From a virus, in the IMG/VR virus record IMGVR_UViG_3300023548_000002, positions 9,460 through 73,459 of that record: a DNA stretch of 64,000 nucleotides; one strand, given 5' to 3'. The translations under genes and the position numbers were made by a program. Numbering within the stretch: the first letter of the stretch is position 1; the number at the start of each line of letters is the position of its first letter. The notes under the pieces were generated by a model. It saw only the letters and a program-made list of their open reading frames with translations, was not told the origin of the DNA and made no database searches. Shown here piece by piece: positions 50,486 through 61,039 of this stretch.

Positions 50486-50981
50486 CGTAAATTTAACAGG
50501 AAAGCCAGGAGCGACTTTCACAAGATTGAGAAATAAAATGTTGGTGACTTTTCTTAAGAAAGCATTACCTGATAAAGATGTATATTTAGTAGGAAATATT
50601 AATAGTCCCATTATTGTAATAAAAACAGATGATGGGGGATTTTTCAGACCATTAGTATATGTTAAGAATTTCTACTTGTACTTTTTAAACAGTGATGATG
50701 CAGAAAAAGAATTATTTCAAATAAAACTTGAGAAAGTTCCATCTGCTACAGAGCTTGAAGCATTTGTAATGCACTGTGAACAATATAGAGCATCTGTATA
50801 TACAGTAGCATATCAAGTAGGAAATACCCTCTTCTATTTGGGGTGGGGGAATAGTAAGAAAGAACTTATATTAACTTCATCTATGCCTAAGTTCTTTTTT
50901 ACCGAAAAATCAATGATAAAAGAGAAAGAAAGATATGAAGAGACTATTACAGAAACTGAAAACGTTGGTAGTGAAGAATAA
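50469..50981 (+). CDS. hypothetical protein
   Basis: coupled ORF. Confidence 0.55.
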   Translation: MRNMLNVNLTGKPGATFTRLRNKMLVTFLKKALPDKDVYLVGNINSPIIVIKTDDGGFFRPLVYVKNFYLYFLNSDDAEKELFQIKLEKVPSATELEAFVMHCEQYRASVYTVAYQVGNTLFYLGWGNSKKELILTSSMPKFFFTEKSMIKEKERYEETITETENVGSEE

Positions 50982-51273
50982 ATCTTCCTACACCTTGACA
51001 GTGAATTTCGTAAATGCTTTAAAAATTATACTTGGTACCCACTTTAAAGAAGTAAAAGAGGTAGATGATTTTACTAAGGTAGCAATCTTTGATGATTTAG
51101 GGGATACGTATAAAGTATTTTATGACAAAGAATATAAGATAACAAAAATACTTATCCCTGATAAAGTTGAAGATGTTCTTGTAAAATTAAATATTTACGA
51201 AGAGAAAGAAATAGCGGATTATTTACAATTATTAGAAGAATCTTATGAACAATTCCAAAACATTGACATCTGA
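50935..51273 (+). CDS. hypothetical protein
   Basis: coupled ORF. Confidence 0.5.
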   Translation: MKRLLQKLKTLVVKNKSSYTLTVNFVNALKIILGTHFKEVKEVDDFTKVAIFDDLGDTYKVFYDKEYKITKILIPDKVEDVLVKLNIYEEKEIADYLQLLEESYEQFQNIDI

Positions 51274-51508
51274 TACACTGGTATGCATTGCTGTAATATC
51301 CCTCTTTTTTACTTTCGGCTATACAGTTGGAAGATTAGAACAAGAGAAAAATGATAATGATAAATTATCTAACATGAAGGATAGTCTTATGAAACTAAAA
51401 GAGCGTAACTTTTTCCTACAAAATACTGTTAATGAATACATTAGAAATATGGTAAATCAACCAGAAATTAACTATGATGCCTTCGTTGAACCAGAACAGC
51501 TCAATTAA
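51245..51508 (+). CDS. membrane-anchored coiled-coil protein
   Basis: TM followed by coiled coil. Confidence 0.5.
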   Translation: MNNSKTLTSDTLVCIAVISLFFTFGYTVGRLEQEKNDNDKLSNMKDSLMKLKERNFFLQNTVNEYIRNMVNQPEINYDAFVEPEQLN

Positions 51509-51566
51509 TAGTAACTGCAAATGTATTTCTCCCCATATTGTATTAGTGGATATTACAGAAAATGTG

Positions 51567-51574
51567 TATCTTTG
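51567..51574 (+). promoter_or_regulatory. Bacteroidota-type -7 element upstream of polA
   Basis: TATCTTTG 20 nt before ATG 51595. Confidence 0.5.
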
Positions 51575-51594
51575 TGTCAAATGTCACAACTTGT

Positions 51595-53391
51595 ATGATA
51601 CAAAGAATAACTACACAGGAAGAAGCTCAGAAATTATTAAGAGACTTAAATTCTACTTCCTCTATTCAATTTGATATTGAAACGAATGGACTTAATCCTT
51701 ATTTAAATGAGCTATTATTGTTTCAAATTGGAACAGATTCCGACCAATATCTTATAAATCCAGAACTTCTATCTTTATTTAGAGAATTATTAGAGAATAA
51801 AGAATTAATTATTCATAATGCTTTATTTGAATTACAGTTCCTATATGTAAGAAATATTTTTCCAAGTAAAGTATATGATACGATGTTAGCAGATAAAGTA
51901 TTATATATGGGATTGGACTTAAAATTTTCATTACAATCAGTAGTAAAAAGGCATTTGAAAATAGAGATGGATAAGACTGCTCAGAAATCGTTTGTAGGAT
52001 TTTCTGGGGAACTTACCCAATATCAATTAGAATATGCCGCTATTGATGTAATGTATTTAAATAAAGTAAAAGAAGTTCAGGATAAGAAAATTGCTAAAAA
52101 AGATTTATCCAAGGCAGTGGAATTAGAGAATGAGTTTGTAAAATCTTTAGCTTATCTTTCTATTTGTGGAATGAAAGTAGATTCACAAAAATGGAGGGAT
52201 AAAGTTGAAGAAGATACACAGAAATTAAAAAGGGTGGAAGCAGAAATACTCGATTTAGTAAGTAATACTTCAGAGTACTCTTTTATGCTTAATCCACAAT
52301 ATAATATTTTTCAAACTGCTGAATTAGGGATAAATTTGGATAGCAATAAAGATATTATTTGGGTATGTAAGAAGTTAGGGATGGATGTTACCAATCCAGA
52401 TGACCCAGAAAAAGAATCTGTTTCAGAAACAGTATTAACTCAATACAAAGATAATCCATTTATTAATCTACTATTAAAGTATAGAGAGCTTAAAAAATCA
52501 GTCTCTACTTACGGTATGGATTTTCTTACTCAGATAAATCCAATTACAGGTAGAATACACTCTCATTACACACAAATGGTAGCTTCTGGTAGAACTATTT
52601 CCAAACAGCCAAATCTCAATAATCTTCCATCAGATTACAGGACACGGTCTTGCTTTATTGCTGAGCCAGGAAATGTTCTTATTAATGCAGATTACTCCGA
52701 CCAAGAAGGAAGACTTTTTGCTAATTACAGTAAAGAAAAAAACTTAATAGACTTCTACAATGGAGATTTTGCTGATGGACACTCTTATGTTGCTAAGCTT
52801 TGTTTTAAAAAAGAGTTGGAAGGAATACCTATGGAAGAAGTTAAAGCAAAAAGAAGTGATTTAAGAGCTATGGCTAAGACTGCGAGATTTGCTATTTATT
52901 ACGGAGGAAATGGACATACTATTGCGAAGAATTTAAAAATAGATGTAAAGGTAGGAGAAGAGATATATGAAAAATATCTCAAAGCTTTTCCAGACTTAGC
53001 TGCTTATTTCGATAAGGTTAAGAACTATACAAAAGTAATGAGATATATTTTAGTATCTCCTATTACCAAAAGAAAAGTTTTTACTTTCGATTCTACACCC
53101 TCTTATGACTTTATTAAGAAGTCATTGAACTATCCAATTCAAGGAAGTGCAGCGGAGATGTCTAAGATAGCTCTTATACGCTTATTTAAGTTAATAAAAA
53201 CTAATGGACATCTTGGTAAAGTAAAAATAATAGGGTTTATCTATGATGAAATAATAGTAGAAAGTCCAGAAGATTTGGCAGAGTATTACAAAGAAAAACT
53301 CAAGGAATGTATGGAAAGAGCAGCATTGTTGTTTTGTAAATACGTTCCAATTCCTGTAGAACCAGAAATAGCTACTTATTGGAAACATTAA
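51595..53391 (+). CDS. polA: family A DNA polymerase with 3'-5' exonuclease
   Basis: DIETNGL, HNALFE, YAAID exo motifs; SGR, DYSDQE, KTARFAIYYG, NYPIQG, YDEI. Confidence 0.92.
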   Translation: MIQRITTQEEAQKLLRDLNSTSSIQFDIETNGLNPYLNELLLFQIGTDSDQYLINPELLSLFRELLENKELIIHNALFELQFLYVRNIFPSKVYDTMLADKVLYMGLDLKFSLQSVVKRHLKIEMDKTAQKSFVGFSGELTQYQLEYAAIDVMYLNKVKEVQDKKIAKKDLSKAVELENEFVKSLAYLSICGMKVDSQKWRDKVEEDTQKLKRVEAEILDLVSNTSEYSFMLNPQYNIFQTAELGINLDSNKDIIWVCKKLGMDVTNPDDPEKESVSETVLTQYKDNPFINLLLKYRELKKSVSTYGMDFLTQINPITGRIHSHYTQMVASGRTISKQPNLNNLPSDYRTRSCFIAEPGNVLINADYSDQEGRLFANYSKEKNLIDFYNGDFADGHSYVAKLCFKKELEGIPMEEVKAKRSDLRAMAKTARFAIYYGGNGHTIAKNLKIDVKVGEEIYEKYLKAFPDLAAYFDKVKNYTKVMRYILVSPITKRKVFTFDSTPSYDFIKKSLNYPIQGSAAEMSKIALIRLFKLIKTNGHLGKVKIIGFIYDEIIVESPEDLAEYYKEKLKECMERAALLFCKYVPIPVEPEIATYWKH

Positions 53392-54524
53392 AAGAAGAAA
53401 CTATGGATAAATTAAGAGAACAAGCTCAATTAGAAGCATTTAATGCTTGGAGAAAAAATAACAGCTTCGGAACAATCGAAGGAGCAACAGGGTTTGGAAA
53501 GACCCGTATCGGTGTAATGGCAGCTTCATATTACGCTAAAAAGTATAATTACAACTTTTCTATTCTTATAGTAGTTCCAGATACTAATTTACGAGATAAC
53601 GAGTGGAAAGCGGAGTTTGAAAAGTGGGGAGAGAAAGAAGTGTGGGATAAGTGTGTAGAGATAGAATGTATTCATACTGCTTGGAAGTGGGAAGGGAGAC
53701 AATGGGATTTGGTAATAGCAGATGAAATCCACGATATGGTACCATCTATAACACGAACAGATTACAAATATGGAACATTTTTCTATAAGAATAGATACCG
53801 AGGGTTACTTGGGTTAAGTGGTAGTATTTCCAAGGGAATACGACTTAGACTAAAATACATTGCTCCCGTAGTCTATTCTCTTCATACTGAGGAAGCTAAA
53901 GATATGAATTTTGTATCAGATTTCATTATCTATACAGTAGGAGTATCTTTAACTCCCGAAGAAATGAAGGAATATAGAGCACTAAGTAGAAAAATCGAAG
54001 GAAACCCTAATAGAAGATGGTCTGATGTAACAAAACGAATAGAAATTCTTTATAGAGCTTCAAATAAACTTGAATTAACTAAAAAGATTATCCAGAATAC
54101 ATCTACCAGAGGATTACTTTTTAATATGCGTAATGAAGTTGCCGACTATTTAAGTGAAGGAAATCCAGATATAGCATCTTACCATTCTGGTTATACTAAA
54201 AAACAACGGGCAATTGTACTTAATAAATTTAAGCAGAATGAGTTACGAGTTCTTTCTACTACCAAAGCTTTGAATCAAGGAGCAAATTTAAGCAACTTGA
54301 AATGGGCAGTAATAGTAGCAGGAACAAGTAAAGAGAAAGATGCTATACAGAGATTAGGGCGTATCATACGAAAGGAAGATAATAAAAAAGCAATACTTAT
54401 ACGCCTCTATTGTAAGGATACGGTAGAACAGTTCCACCTTGAGAAAAGTCTCCTAAGATTTAAGTCTGTAGCGAAATTAACAGAAGAGGAACTATTAAAA
54501 CAAATAAAAGATGATAACCTCTGA
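53379..54524 (+). CDS. superfamily 2 helicase
   Basis: ATGFGKT, DEIH, LSGS, QRLGRIIR. Confidence 0.9.
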   Translation: METLKEETMDKLREQAQLEAFNAWRKNNSFGTIEGATGFGKTRIGVMAASYYAKKYNYNFSILIVVPDTNLRDNEWKAEFEKWGEKEVWDKCVEIECIHTAWKWEGRQWDLVIADEIHDMVPSITRTDYKYGTFFYKNRYRGLLGLSGSISKGIRLRLKYIAPVVYSLHTEEAKDMNFVSDFIIYTVGVSLTPEEMKEYRALSRKIEGNPNRRWSDVTKRIEILYRASNKLELTKKIIQNTSTRGLLFNMRNEVADYLSEGNPDIASYHSGYTKKQRAIVLNKFKQNELRVLSTTKALNQGANLSNLKWAVIVAGTSKEKDAIQRLGRIIRKEDNKKAILIRLYCKDTVEQFHLEKSLLRFKSVAKLTEEELLKQIKDDNL

Positions 54525-54741
54525 AATTTTCGAGAAGTATAAACTTCTCACGAATACTTTTACTACCCAACAAGCTGTTGATATTCTTAACAGAGAATAC
54601 AATAGCAATTGGGTAGTGGAAGATTTTATTTTATTCGAGCGAATAGACTCTATTTTTGAAGAGGACTATGAGCTTGAAAGTAGAAAAATTGAATTTAATT
54701 ATTTAAAAAACCAAAAATTATGGCAAAGTACAAAGATTTAA
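54511..54741 (+). CDS. hypothetical protein
   Basis: coupled ORF. Confidence 0.5.
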   Translation: MITSEIFEKYKLLTNTFTTQQAVDILNREYNSNWVVEDFILFERIDSIFEEDYELESRKIEFNYLKNQKLWQSTKI

Positions 54742-54986
54742 TCTTTCCATCAGAAAAATCAATAAATTCTCACAAAAAACAAGAAGCTGTAGAAGAAGCA
54801 CAAGCATCAATGCGCCGAGCTATATTTGAAGCAGAAGAAGATGTTCGCAAATGTTCTAAAATAGCAACCATTCGCACTCGTCAGGTTCCTTTTAACCCTG
54901 AAGATGTGTTAAATGCTTACAAAGATTTAAAAACAGCACAAAATAAATTAGAGGCGTTACACCAATTAAATTCTGATTTATTTTAA
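54720..54986 (+). CDS. coiled-coil hypothetical protein
   Basis: 88 aa ending DLF. Confidence 0.55.
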   Translation: MAKYKDLIFPSEKSINSHKKQEAVEEAQASMRRAIFEAEEDVRKCSKIATIRTRQVPFNPEDVLNAYKDLKTAQNKLEALHQLNSDLF

Positions 54987-55546
54987 TGTTTGAAGGAGTA
55001 AATACAATATCTCCCAAAGAAATTTGGGAGACATATAAGATTACTCCCGATATGTATCTTTATCTAAGAGAGCTGGCATTGTCTGGCTCTCTTTCCTTAA
55101 CTATGCCACAAGAGTATGTCAATTATCTTCAAAAAGAAGGGTATCTATTAAAGCAAGAAAATAATTTAGTCCCTACCAAAAAAGCCAAAGATATATTTGA
55201 AGATAAAGGAGAAGCTATGTGGTATGAGTTGGTAAGTATTTTTCCACATAAAGTTCCAAATGGGACGGGAGGATATAGACCATTACGTGCTTTGGACCCT
55301 GATGCTAAAAGTAATGAAAAAGCAAAGAAAAAGTATTTGAAAATTGTAAAAAATAACTTATCTTTGCACAATCATATCATTAAGGTTCTTTCTGAAGAGA
55401 TAAAATACAGAAAATCTACCACCCAATTCTTATTTATGCACAATTTAGAAACGTGGATAAATCAAAGAGATTGGGAAAAGTTTGAATTTCTCTTAGAAGA
55501 ACCAGAAGAAGACCAACGCACTAATTATGGAGAACAGCTCGTATAA
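54986..55546 (+). CDS. putative replication initiator/helicase-loader partner
   Basis: wHTH-like N-part, FPHKV..LETWINQRDWE; directly upstream of DnaB. Confidence 0.5.
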   Translation: MFEGVNTISPKEIWETYKITPDMYLYLRELALSGSLSLTMPQEYVNYLQKEGYLLKQENNLVPTKKAKDIFEDKGEAMWYELVSIFPHKVPNGTGGYRPLRALDPDAKSNEKAKKKYLKIVKNNLSLHNHIIKVLSEEIKYRKSTTQFLFMHNLETWINQRDWEKFEFLLEEPEEDQRTNYGEQLV

Positions 55547-56483
55547 CCAACAGAACGAATATAAAGGACTACCATTCAAGTCTATAAACGATGTAGCTAA
55601 AGAAACTTTCCTTTATATAAAAAAGAGACAAAATAAAGAGATTAAATCTCTTAAAACTCCTTGGAAAAAGTTCAATAAAGCTACAATGGGAGGGATTGAA
55701 TGGAGTAATATTATTACCATTGCAGGGATGTCAGGAAGTGGGAAGACTGCTATGGTAAATCAGTTGGAAACAAAACTTATAGATTTGAATCCAGACCAGA
55801 AATTTGGGATATTGTCCTTTAATTTCGAGATGTTGGCAAGGAACTTGGTAGGGAGAAAATTATCAAACACATTAAAGAAAACTACACAAGAATTATACAG
55901 TGCTTCTGATACTGAGCTATCTGAGCAAGATTTGGATATTATTAAAGAACACTTAAAGCGCATATCTAAGTATGATATACATTACGTAGATATGCCAGGT
56001 TCAGTGGAACAGATACGTAAGACTATTTTAGCTTTCTGCTTAGCAAGAGGAAATAATTCTATTGATTCTGAATATGGAACAGTAGTAACATTAGACCACT
56101 CTTTATTAGTATTAGGAGAAGGAGAGAGACAAGTTCTCATAGATTTGATGTCTATGTTCAATAATCTGAAAAAGTCTCTTAAAATAACGTTTATTGTCCT
56201 TTCTCAGCTTAATAGAAATATTGAATCTCCTGAGCGGATAAATAATCCAAACTCACATTATCCAAAGAAGCAAGATATATTCGGTTCAGATGCTTTGTAT
56301 CAATTCTCTGATGTAGTATTAGTATCACATAATCCCCGTATGTTAGGAATAAGATATTATGGACCAAATAAAGTAGATACAGAAGGGAGAATTTTTCATC
56401 ATTACTTAAAAATTAGAGAAGGAAGTCCATTTATTGCTATTATGCGGGACAATTTGAAGTATAATGAGGTAATAGATGAATAA
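55527..56483 (+). CDS. dnaB: DnaB-like replicative helicase
   Basis: GMSGSGKT, FEM, LDH, LSQLNR, GSDAL, KIREG. Confidence 0.9.
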   Translation: MENSSYNQQNEYKGLPFKSINDVAKETFLYIKKRQNKEIKSLKTPWKKFNKATMGGIEWSNIITIAGMSGSGKTAMVNQLETKLIDLNPDQKFGILSFNFEMLARNLVGRKLSNTLKKTTQELYSASDTELSEQDLDIIKEHLKRISKYDIHYVDMPGSVEQIRKTILAFCLARGNNSIDSEYGTVVTLDHSLLVLGEGERQVLIDLMSMFNNLKKSLKITFIVLSQLNRNIESPERINNPNSHYPKKQDIFGSDALYQFSDVVLVSHNPRMLGIRYYGPNKVDTEGRIFHHYLKIREGSPFIAIMRDNLKYNEVIDE

Positions 56484-56793
56484 ACTTTATCATCAAGTAA
56501 AAGAGCTTTTAGAGAGATTTCCTTTAGCAAGAGATAATGATTTCTTTTTATATTGGCAGATAGTAAAAGATAAGATAGATGAATCTTATCCTTTACGTAA
56601 AGCATTAAAAGATATGGAAAAGAAACGTATTCCATCATTCGATACTGTTTCTCGTGTAAGAAGAAAAGTACAGCAGGAAGCAGCATCATCGGATAAGAAA
56701 TATCTCTGTGGAAATCGTTTATTTAAAAAAAAGAAAGAACAACAAGTAAAAAAGGAGATTGTAAATGGCACGTATTTTGGGAATAGCAGGTGA
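56476..56793 (+). CDS. hypothetical protein
   Basis: PLARDND..PSFDTVSRVRRKVQ conserved-looking motif. Confidence 0.6.
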   Translation: MNKLYHQVKELLERFPLARDNDFFLYWQIVKDKIDESYPLRKALKDMEKKRIPSFDTVSRVRRKVQQEAASSDKKYLCGNRLFKKKKEQQVKKEIVNGTYFGNSR

Positions 56794-57508
56794 ACCCAAT
56801 ACAGGGAAATCGTATTCCCGTATTTTTATTGAAAACCCCGAAGAGTTTTTTGTTCTTATGCCTTCTCGTAAGGCGCATTACTTGAAAGGAGCAAAACCCT
56901 TTGAAGTAAAAGACGGAAAACCTACGGGTAACTTTAGAGTGTATAATACACCAGATTTAGAGAAAATTGATGCTTTTATAAAGAAGCTAATTGATTCTCG
57001 TCCTGATATTAAATATCTTGTATTACCTGACTTTACTCACTTTATCAGTAATATATTGAGTAGTAAGTCGTTTATTACAAGAAAAGTAGGAGGAGATGCA
57101 TTTCAACGATTTTGGGAATTAGCAGCAGATGCACTCAATACCTTTTTAAACAACATTTCTAAATTAAGAGATGACCTATTAGTAATTATAGAATTTCACT
57201 CTGTATATGATACCTATACCAATAAGTTTAATATTTTTGTCCCTGGGGGGAATATGCTTACAGAGAAATTTAAAATAGACAGCTATTTTGATTTGCTTCT
57301 ATACTCTTATAGTAAGCCAGATCCCGATAATTCTATAAAGGATGAGAATAAATATAAATTTGTTGTGAAGAGAACAACGATTGATGGAATAGAGTATCCA
57401 GCAAGAAGTATGGGAATATTTGAAGATATTATAGAAGACAATTGTTTTATCCCTAACAACTTACAGATAGTAATAGATAAAATAAGAGAAAACGAACACT
57501 TAATTTAA
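56765..57508 (+). CDS. AAA ATPase (Sak4/AAA_24-like recombinase)
   Basis: GEPNTGKS Walker A, LPDF Walker B-like, FDLLLY, PARS. Confidence 0.75.
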   Translation: MARILGIAGEPNTGKSYSRIFIENPEEFFVLMPSRKAHYLKGAKPFEVKDGKPTGNFRVYNTPDLEKIDAFIKKLIDSRPDIKYLVLPDFTHFISNILSSKSFITRKVGGDAFQRFWELAADALNTFLNNISKLRDDLLVIIEFHSVYDTYTNKFNIFVPGGNMLTEKFKIDSYFDLLLYSYSKPDPDNSIKDENKYKFVVKRTTIDGIEYPARSMGIFEDIIEDNCFIPNNLQIVIDKIRENEHLI

Positions 57509-57512
57509 TCAT

Positions 57513-58121
57513 ATGAGTACATTTAGCACTAAAAACTATGAAGCCAAAGAACAGTCCTTTGACACTTACATTAAACCAGGTATTGTAGTAGCAAAGATTA
57601 CAGAAATTGTTTATGGAGAATCTAAAAAGAAAAAAACTCCGTATTTAGAAATTCATTTTGATGAATATGACCCAGAAACCAAGAAGCCAACTGGTCGTAA
57701 AGGGACTACTCTATGGTATCTTTCTTCTAATGCTTGGGAGCCTGAAAAAGGAACAGGAACTAAATGGCGATTGGTTTACATGGCAGATAAGTTAGCAGTA
57801 AGACAACAATTAGATGAATCTACTGATACAGCAACCTCTGCTCAAGATTTAGTAGAGAAAGTAAACAAAGTATTTGCAGGAAAAATGGGTCGGTTTGTAT
57901 TTACAGGAGAAGAAATTGCTCCCTCTGACCCAAGTAAAAGTGTTTGGGTGAAAGCAGAATTACGTCCTTGGAAGTTTGTAGAGGACGTAAAAACCAATCC
58001 TACTCAATTAACATTTGACCCCAACAAAGATATTAAGAAATTACCTGTGCAGCCTAATGACAATATGGCTGCTGCAGCAGAAAATCCATTAGAAGAAACC
58101 ACAGAGGAAGACTTGTGGTAA
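57513..58121 (+). CDS. SSB-like (DUF669-type) protein
   Basis: IKPGIVVAKITEI OB-like start, acidic tail ending DLW; follows Sak4-like ATPase. Confidence 0.6.
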   Translation: MSTFSTKNYEAKEQSFDTYIKPGIVVAKITEIVYGESKKKKTPYLEIHFDEYDPETKKPTGRKGTTLWYLSSNAWEPEKGTGTKWRLVYMADKLAVRQQLDESTDTATSAQDLVEKVNKVFAGKMGRFVFTGEEIAPSDPSKSVWVKAELRPWKFVEDVKTNPTQLTFDPNKDIKKLPVQPNDNMAAAAENPLEETTEEDLW

Positions 58122-58122
58122 A

Positions 58123-59091
58123 ATGTTTTCCACAAAATCAGTAGTAACATTAACAGGAGATGAACTCTTAGACTTGATAGGAGACTATCAAGTCTTTGAG
58201 TATTATCTAAAACAAGATATTAGAAAGAAGTTCTTTTCTCCCTTTAGAAATGAACAGCACCCAAGCTGTGCTGTCAAAAGAATGGGAGATAGACTTATCA
58301 TGACAGACTTTGGAACAGGAGAACATTTTACGGCTATAACATTAGTAGCTCGTCTCCACAATGTATCTTACCAGAAGGCTATTCAGATTATTGCTTCCGA
58401 CTTTCACATAACTTCAGTAATAATATCTAAAGCCAACATACAAAAAGCTTCTAAGAAATCTAAAGAAATCGAAAGAAAGCATACTATCCTAAGAACTCAT
58501 AGGATAAAGATGACTGAGGAAGCAAAGAAGTATTGGTATCAATATGGTATAACAATCCCTACTTTAAAAAGATTTAATGTCTATCAAATAGACCATTATT
58601 TCTTTGGGGAATATAATATATCATTAAAAGATACATTAGCATTTGAGTATTTCTTTTCATATAAATATCGAAAACTCCTTATGCCATATCACCCCCCTGA
58701 GGACAAGTGGAAATCTAATCTTCCTTCGCATTTTATCGAAGGATTACACAAATTAGACCATTTGTCGAACGTTCTTTTCTTAACTAAAGCATATAAAGAT
58801 GTTATGGTATTTTATGAAATGGGATACAATGCTATAGCTCCTGCTGCTGAATCTAACACAGTAAATTGTTTTACAAAGGAAATTATCCAAAATCTTTATG
58901 AGCAATATGATGAATTAATAGTTCTTATGGATAATGACCCTGCAGGAGAAAAAGCAGCAGAATATTTAAAGGATACCTATAATTTACCATGCTTCTTTTT
59001 ATCTGAAGCTAAGGACATTAGTGATTTAGTAAAAATAACATCATTTTCTTATGCACAATCCATTATTGAAGAAAGTATTAGAAAGTTATAA
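58123..59091 (+). CDS. DNA primase (TOPRIM)
   Basis: SPFRNEQHPS, DFGTG, TKAYKD, MDNDPAG, KDISD. Confidence 0.85.
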   Translation: MFSTKSVVTLTGDELLDLIGDYQVFEYYLKQDIRKKFFSPFRNEQHPSCAVKRMGDRLIMTDFGTGEHFTAITLVARLHNVSYQKAIQIIASDFHITSVIISKANIQKASKKSKEIERKHTILRTHRIKMTEEAKKYWYQYGITIPTLKRFNVYQIDHYFFGEYNISLKDTLAFEYFFSYKYRKLLMPYHPPEDKWKSNLPSHFIEGLHKLDHLSNVLFLTKAYKDVMVFYEMGYNAIAPAAESNTVNCFTKEIIQNLYEQYDELIVLMDNDPAGEKAAEYLKDTYNLPCFFLSEAKDISDLVKITSFSYAQSIIEESIRKL

Positions 59092-59497
59092 GGGTGCTTT
59101 CTTCATTCCAGAGAATGTGCCATCAGGAAAAAATAGTAGAATTTGTGTTGGACATTTCTTAAAAGACAGTAAATCTGTTAAGAATTATAAGGCAGTAACT
59201 GCTGCTATATGGGCTAATGAAGAAATAAAAGAAGCATTTATTGCTACCTTACCCGAGAGTAAACCTTACTTCATTGGCTTTCATTTTATTAAAGCTACAC
59301 GACATAAATTTGATTTTATTAATCCACTACAAACAATACAAGACCTGATGGTAAGATACAAGTGGATAGAGGACGATAATACAGATATTATGTTCCCTGT
59401 TCCATTGTATCTAAACAATCAACTTTACACTACGGATAAAGAAAATCCAGGTGTAATAATAAAAGTAGTAAATAACAAAAAAATTCATTCAATATGA
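59051..59497 (+). CDS. RusA-like Holliday junction resolvase
   Basis: NVPSGKN..FDFIN..QDLM..IEDDN. Confidence 0.75.
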   Translation: MHNPLLKKVLESYKGAFFIPENVPSGKNSRICVGHFLKDSKSVKNYKAVTAAIWANEEIKEAFIATLPESKPYFIGFHFIKATRHKFDFINPLQTIQDLMVRYKWIEDDNTDIMFPVPLYLNNQLYTTDKENPGVIIKVVNNKKIHSI

Positions 59498-60009
59498 CAC
59501 GTAAAATTTTAGTTTTTTCACCAAAAATCCAAGGAACAACAATCGTTAAAACAGAAGCAAATACTTGGGAAGAGTTGTCTCGTGAACTTAAAGAACAAGA
59601 ATTATTTTCAGACAATATGACTGTTTTCTTAAAGGAAAGCAATATTAACTTAAAGCAACATCCTAAGAAGGAACTTCCTATAGGAGAGGGAGTAGATGAG
59701 TTTGGTAATCCAAACGGAATTGATTGCAGTATTATTTTAAGCATCAGTAAAACAGAAGCAGGAGCAGAGTCTCCTGCCTCTGCTTTACTTAATTATTTGA
59801 AGGAAAATACAGACAATAAAGAATCATTTGTTTCTGTAGAAGGACATAAAGCATTCTATGTTGAAAGACGACGTCTTATAGACACAATAAAAAAAGTTAA
59901 TCCTACATTATCTAATGCCAAGATAATGAGAGCATTTAAACAAGCTGAAGCTATGTTAAAAGATGTTCAACTTGAATTGTTAAAAGATATAGCCAATGAA
60001 AGAAATTAG
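59494..60009 (+). CDS. ubiquitin-like (beta-grasp) protein with C-terminal extension
   Basis: strand-strand-TWEEL helix..ELP..IILS-KTEAG; first gene of an E2/JAB/E1 cluster. Confidence 0.6.
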   Translation: MTRKILVFSPKIQGTTIVKTEANTWEELSRELKEQELFSDNMTVFLKESNINLKQHPKKELPIGEGVDEFGNPNGIDCSIILSISKTEAGAESPASALLNYLKENTDNKESFVSVEGHKAFYVERRRLIDTIKKVNPTLSNAKIMRAFKQAEAMLKDVQLELLKDIANERN

Positions 60010-61039
60010 AATAAATACTCCGCATTTTACTTTAAAAAACAAAGTAGAAGAAAATAATGCGGTTATAGTGTATTTAATACTACGCACGTTGTTTATTAAT
60101 TCTGACCCAGCTATTTCAGGAAATGATGAAGCAGCTGAAATCTATAATAAAGTATCTCTTGATAACTATCTTGTATCAAATACCGAGTTCAAAGAATTTA
60201 TATCTAATCTTTATTTTGGTAAATATTTTAACGAAAAAAATATAGATATTACAGTGAGTCCGTATAAATCATTCTTCGGAACTATTCAGTCCCTTTTACT
60301 AATGAAAAACTATATATTCCGAAGAAATAATAATGCCAAGCATTATTTTATTTACTTTCCCGATATTACAATATCTAATACAGCAGGATTGACTGAGTAT
60401 CTTGGAGATATAGTAGTGGCGTTTTATTGGTATTCCCCACGAACTATATATCTTTCTCGTATTTTTCCAGGACAAACAATTAACCTACATGCACATCCTC
60501 ATGTAAGTCAAGGGGGTTCTTTTTGTTTAGGTCCCTATTTTGGAAAAGATAAACTGCAAAGAGTAGTAAATTTTAGAGGATTTTTAGAATGGGAATCTCA
60601 AGAAGGTGTTCCTTATGAAACTATTTCTGATTTATATAAAACTATTCCTGCACAGGGAAGTATCGGAGGAAAAATAAGAGTCGCAGGATATAAGTATTTA
60701 CACGAGTTTCTCAAGAGTCCACAGAATATTACTACCATGTCTCTTCTGAGGGATAAAGCAATTAAACAAGTAAGCAAAGAGTACCAAGAAACAGCTGTGG
60801 TTAAAGCTTCTTTACCTATTGAAATCTCTAAAGTAACTTATTATAATAATGAATCAACAGAAATATCAAAAAATTTTACATTACATCCTCCAGAATTAGT
60901 AGAAATGGAAAGAAAAGATACAAATGTAACTATAGACTTACATGATTTTAGCCAGAGCTTATTGAATTATTATGACATTGAAAAAAATAACTATGAAGAC
61001 ATCTTATATCAACAAGAAATCTACATTGGTGAATACTAA
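59996..61039 (+). CDS. E2-like conjugating-fold protein
   Basis: HPHV-x5-FCLG, like the UBC HPN..ICL active-site motif; WES..GVPY. Confidence 0.6.
   Translation: MKEIRINTPHFTLKNKVEENNAVIVYLILRTLFINSDPAISGNDEAAEIYNKVSLDNYLVSNTEFKEFISNLYFGKYFNEKNIDITVSPYKSFFGTIQSLLLMKNYIFRRNNNAKHYFIYFPDITISNTAGLTEYLGDIVVAFYWYSPRTIYLSRIFPGQTINLHAHPHVSQGGSFCLGPYFGKDKLQRVVNFRGFLEWESQEGVPYETISDLYKTIPAQGSIGGKIRVAGYKYLHEFLKSPQNITTMSLLRDKAIKQVSKEYQETAVVKASLPIEISKVTYYNNESTEISKNFTLHPPELVEMERKDTNVTIDLHDFSQSLLNYYDIEKNNYEDILYQQEIYIGEY

Noticed and set aside
25050-53391. Introns or inteins in MCP, TerL or PolA
   Set aside because: ORFs are continuous and of normal size; no intein termini or homing endonuclease motifs seen
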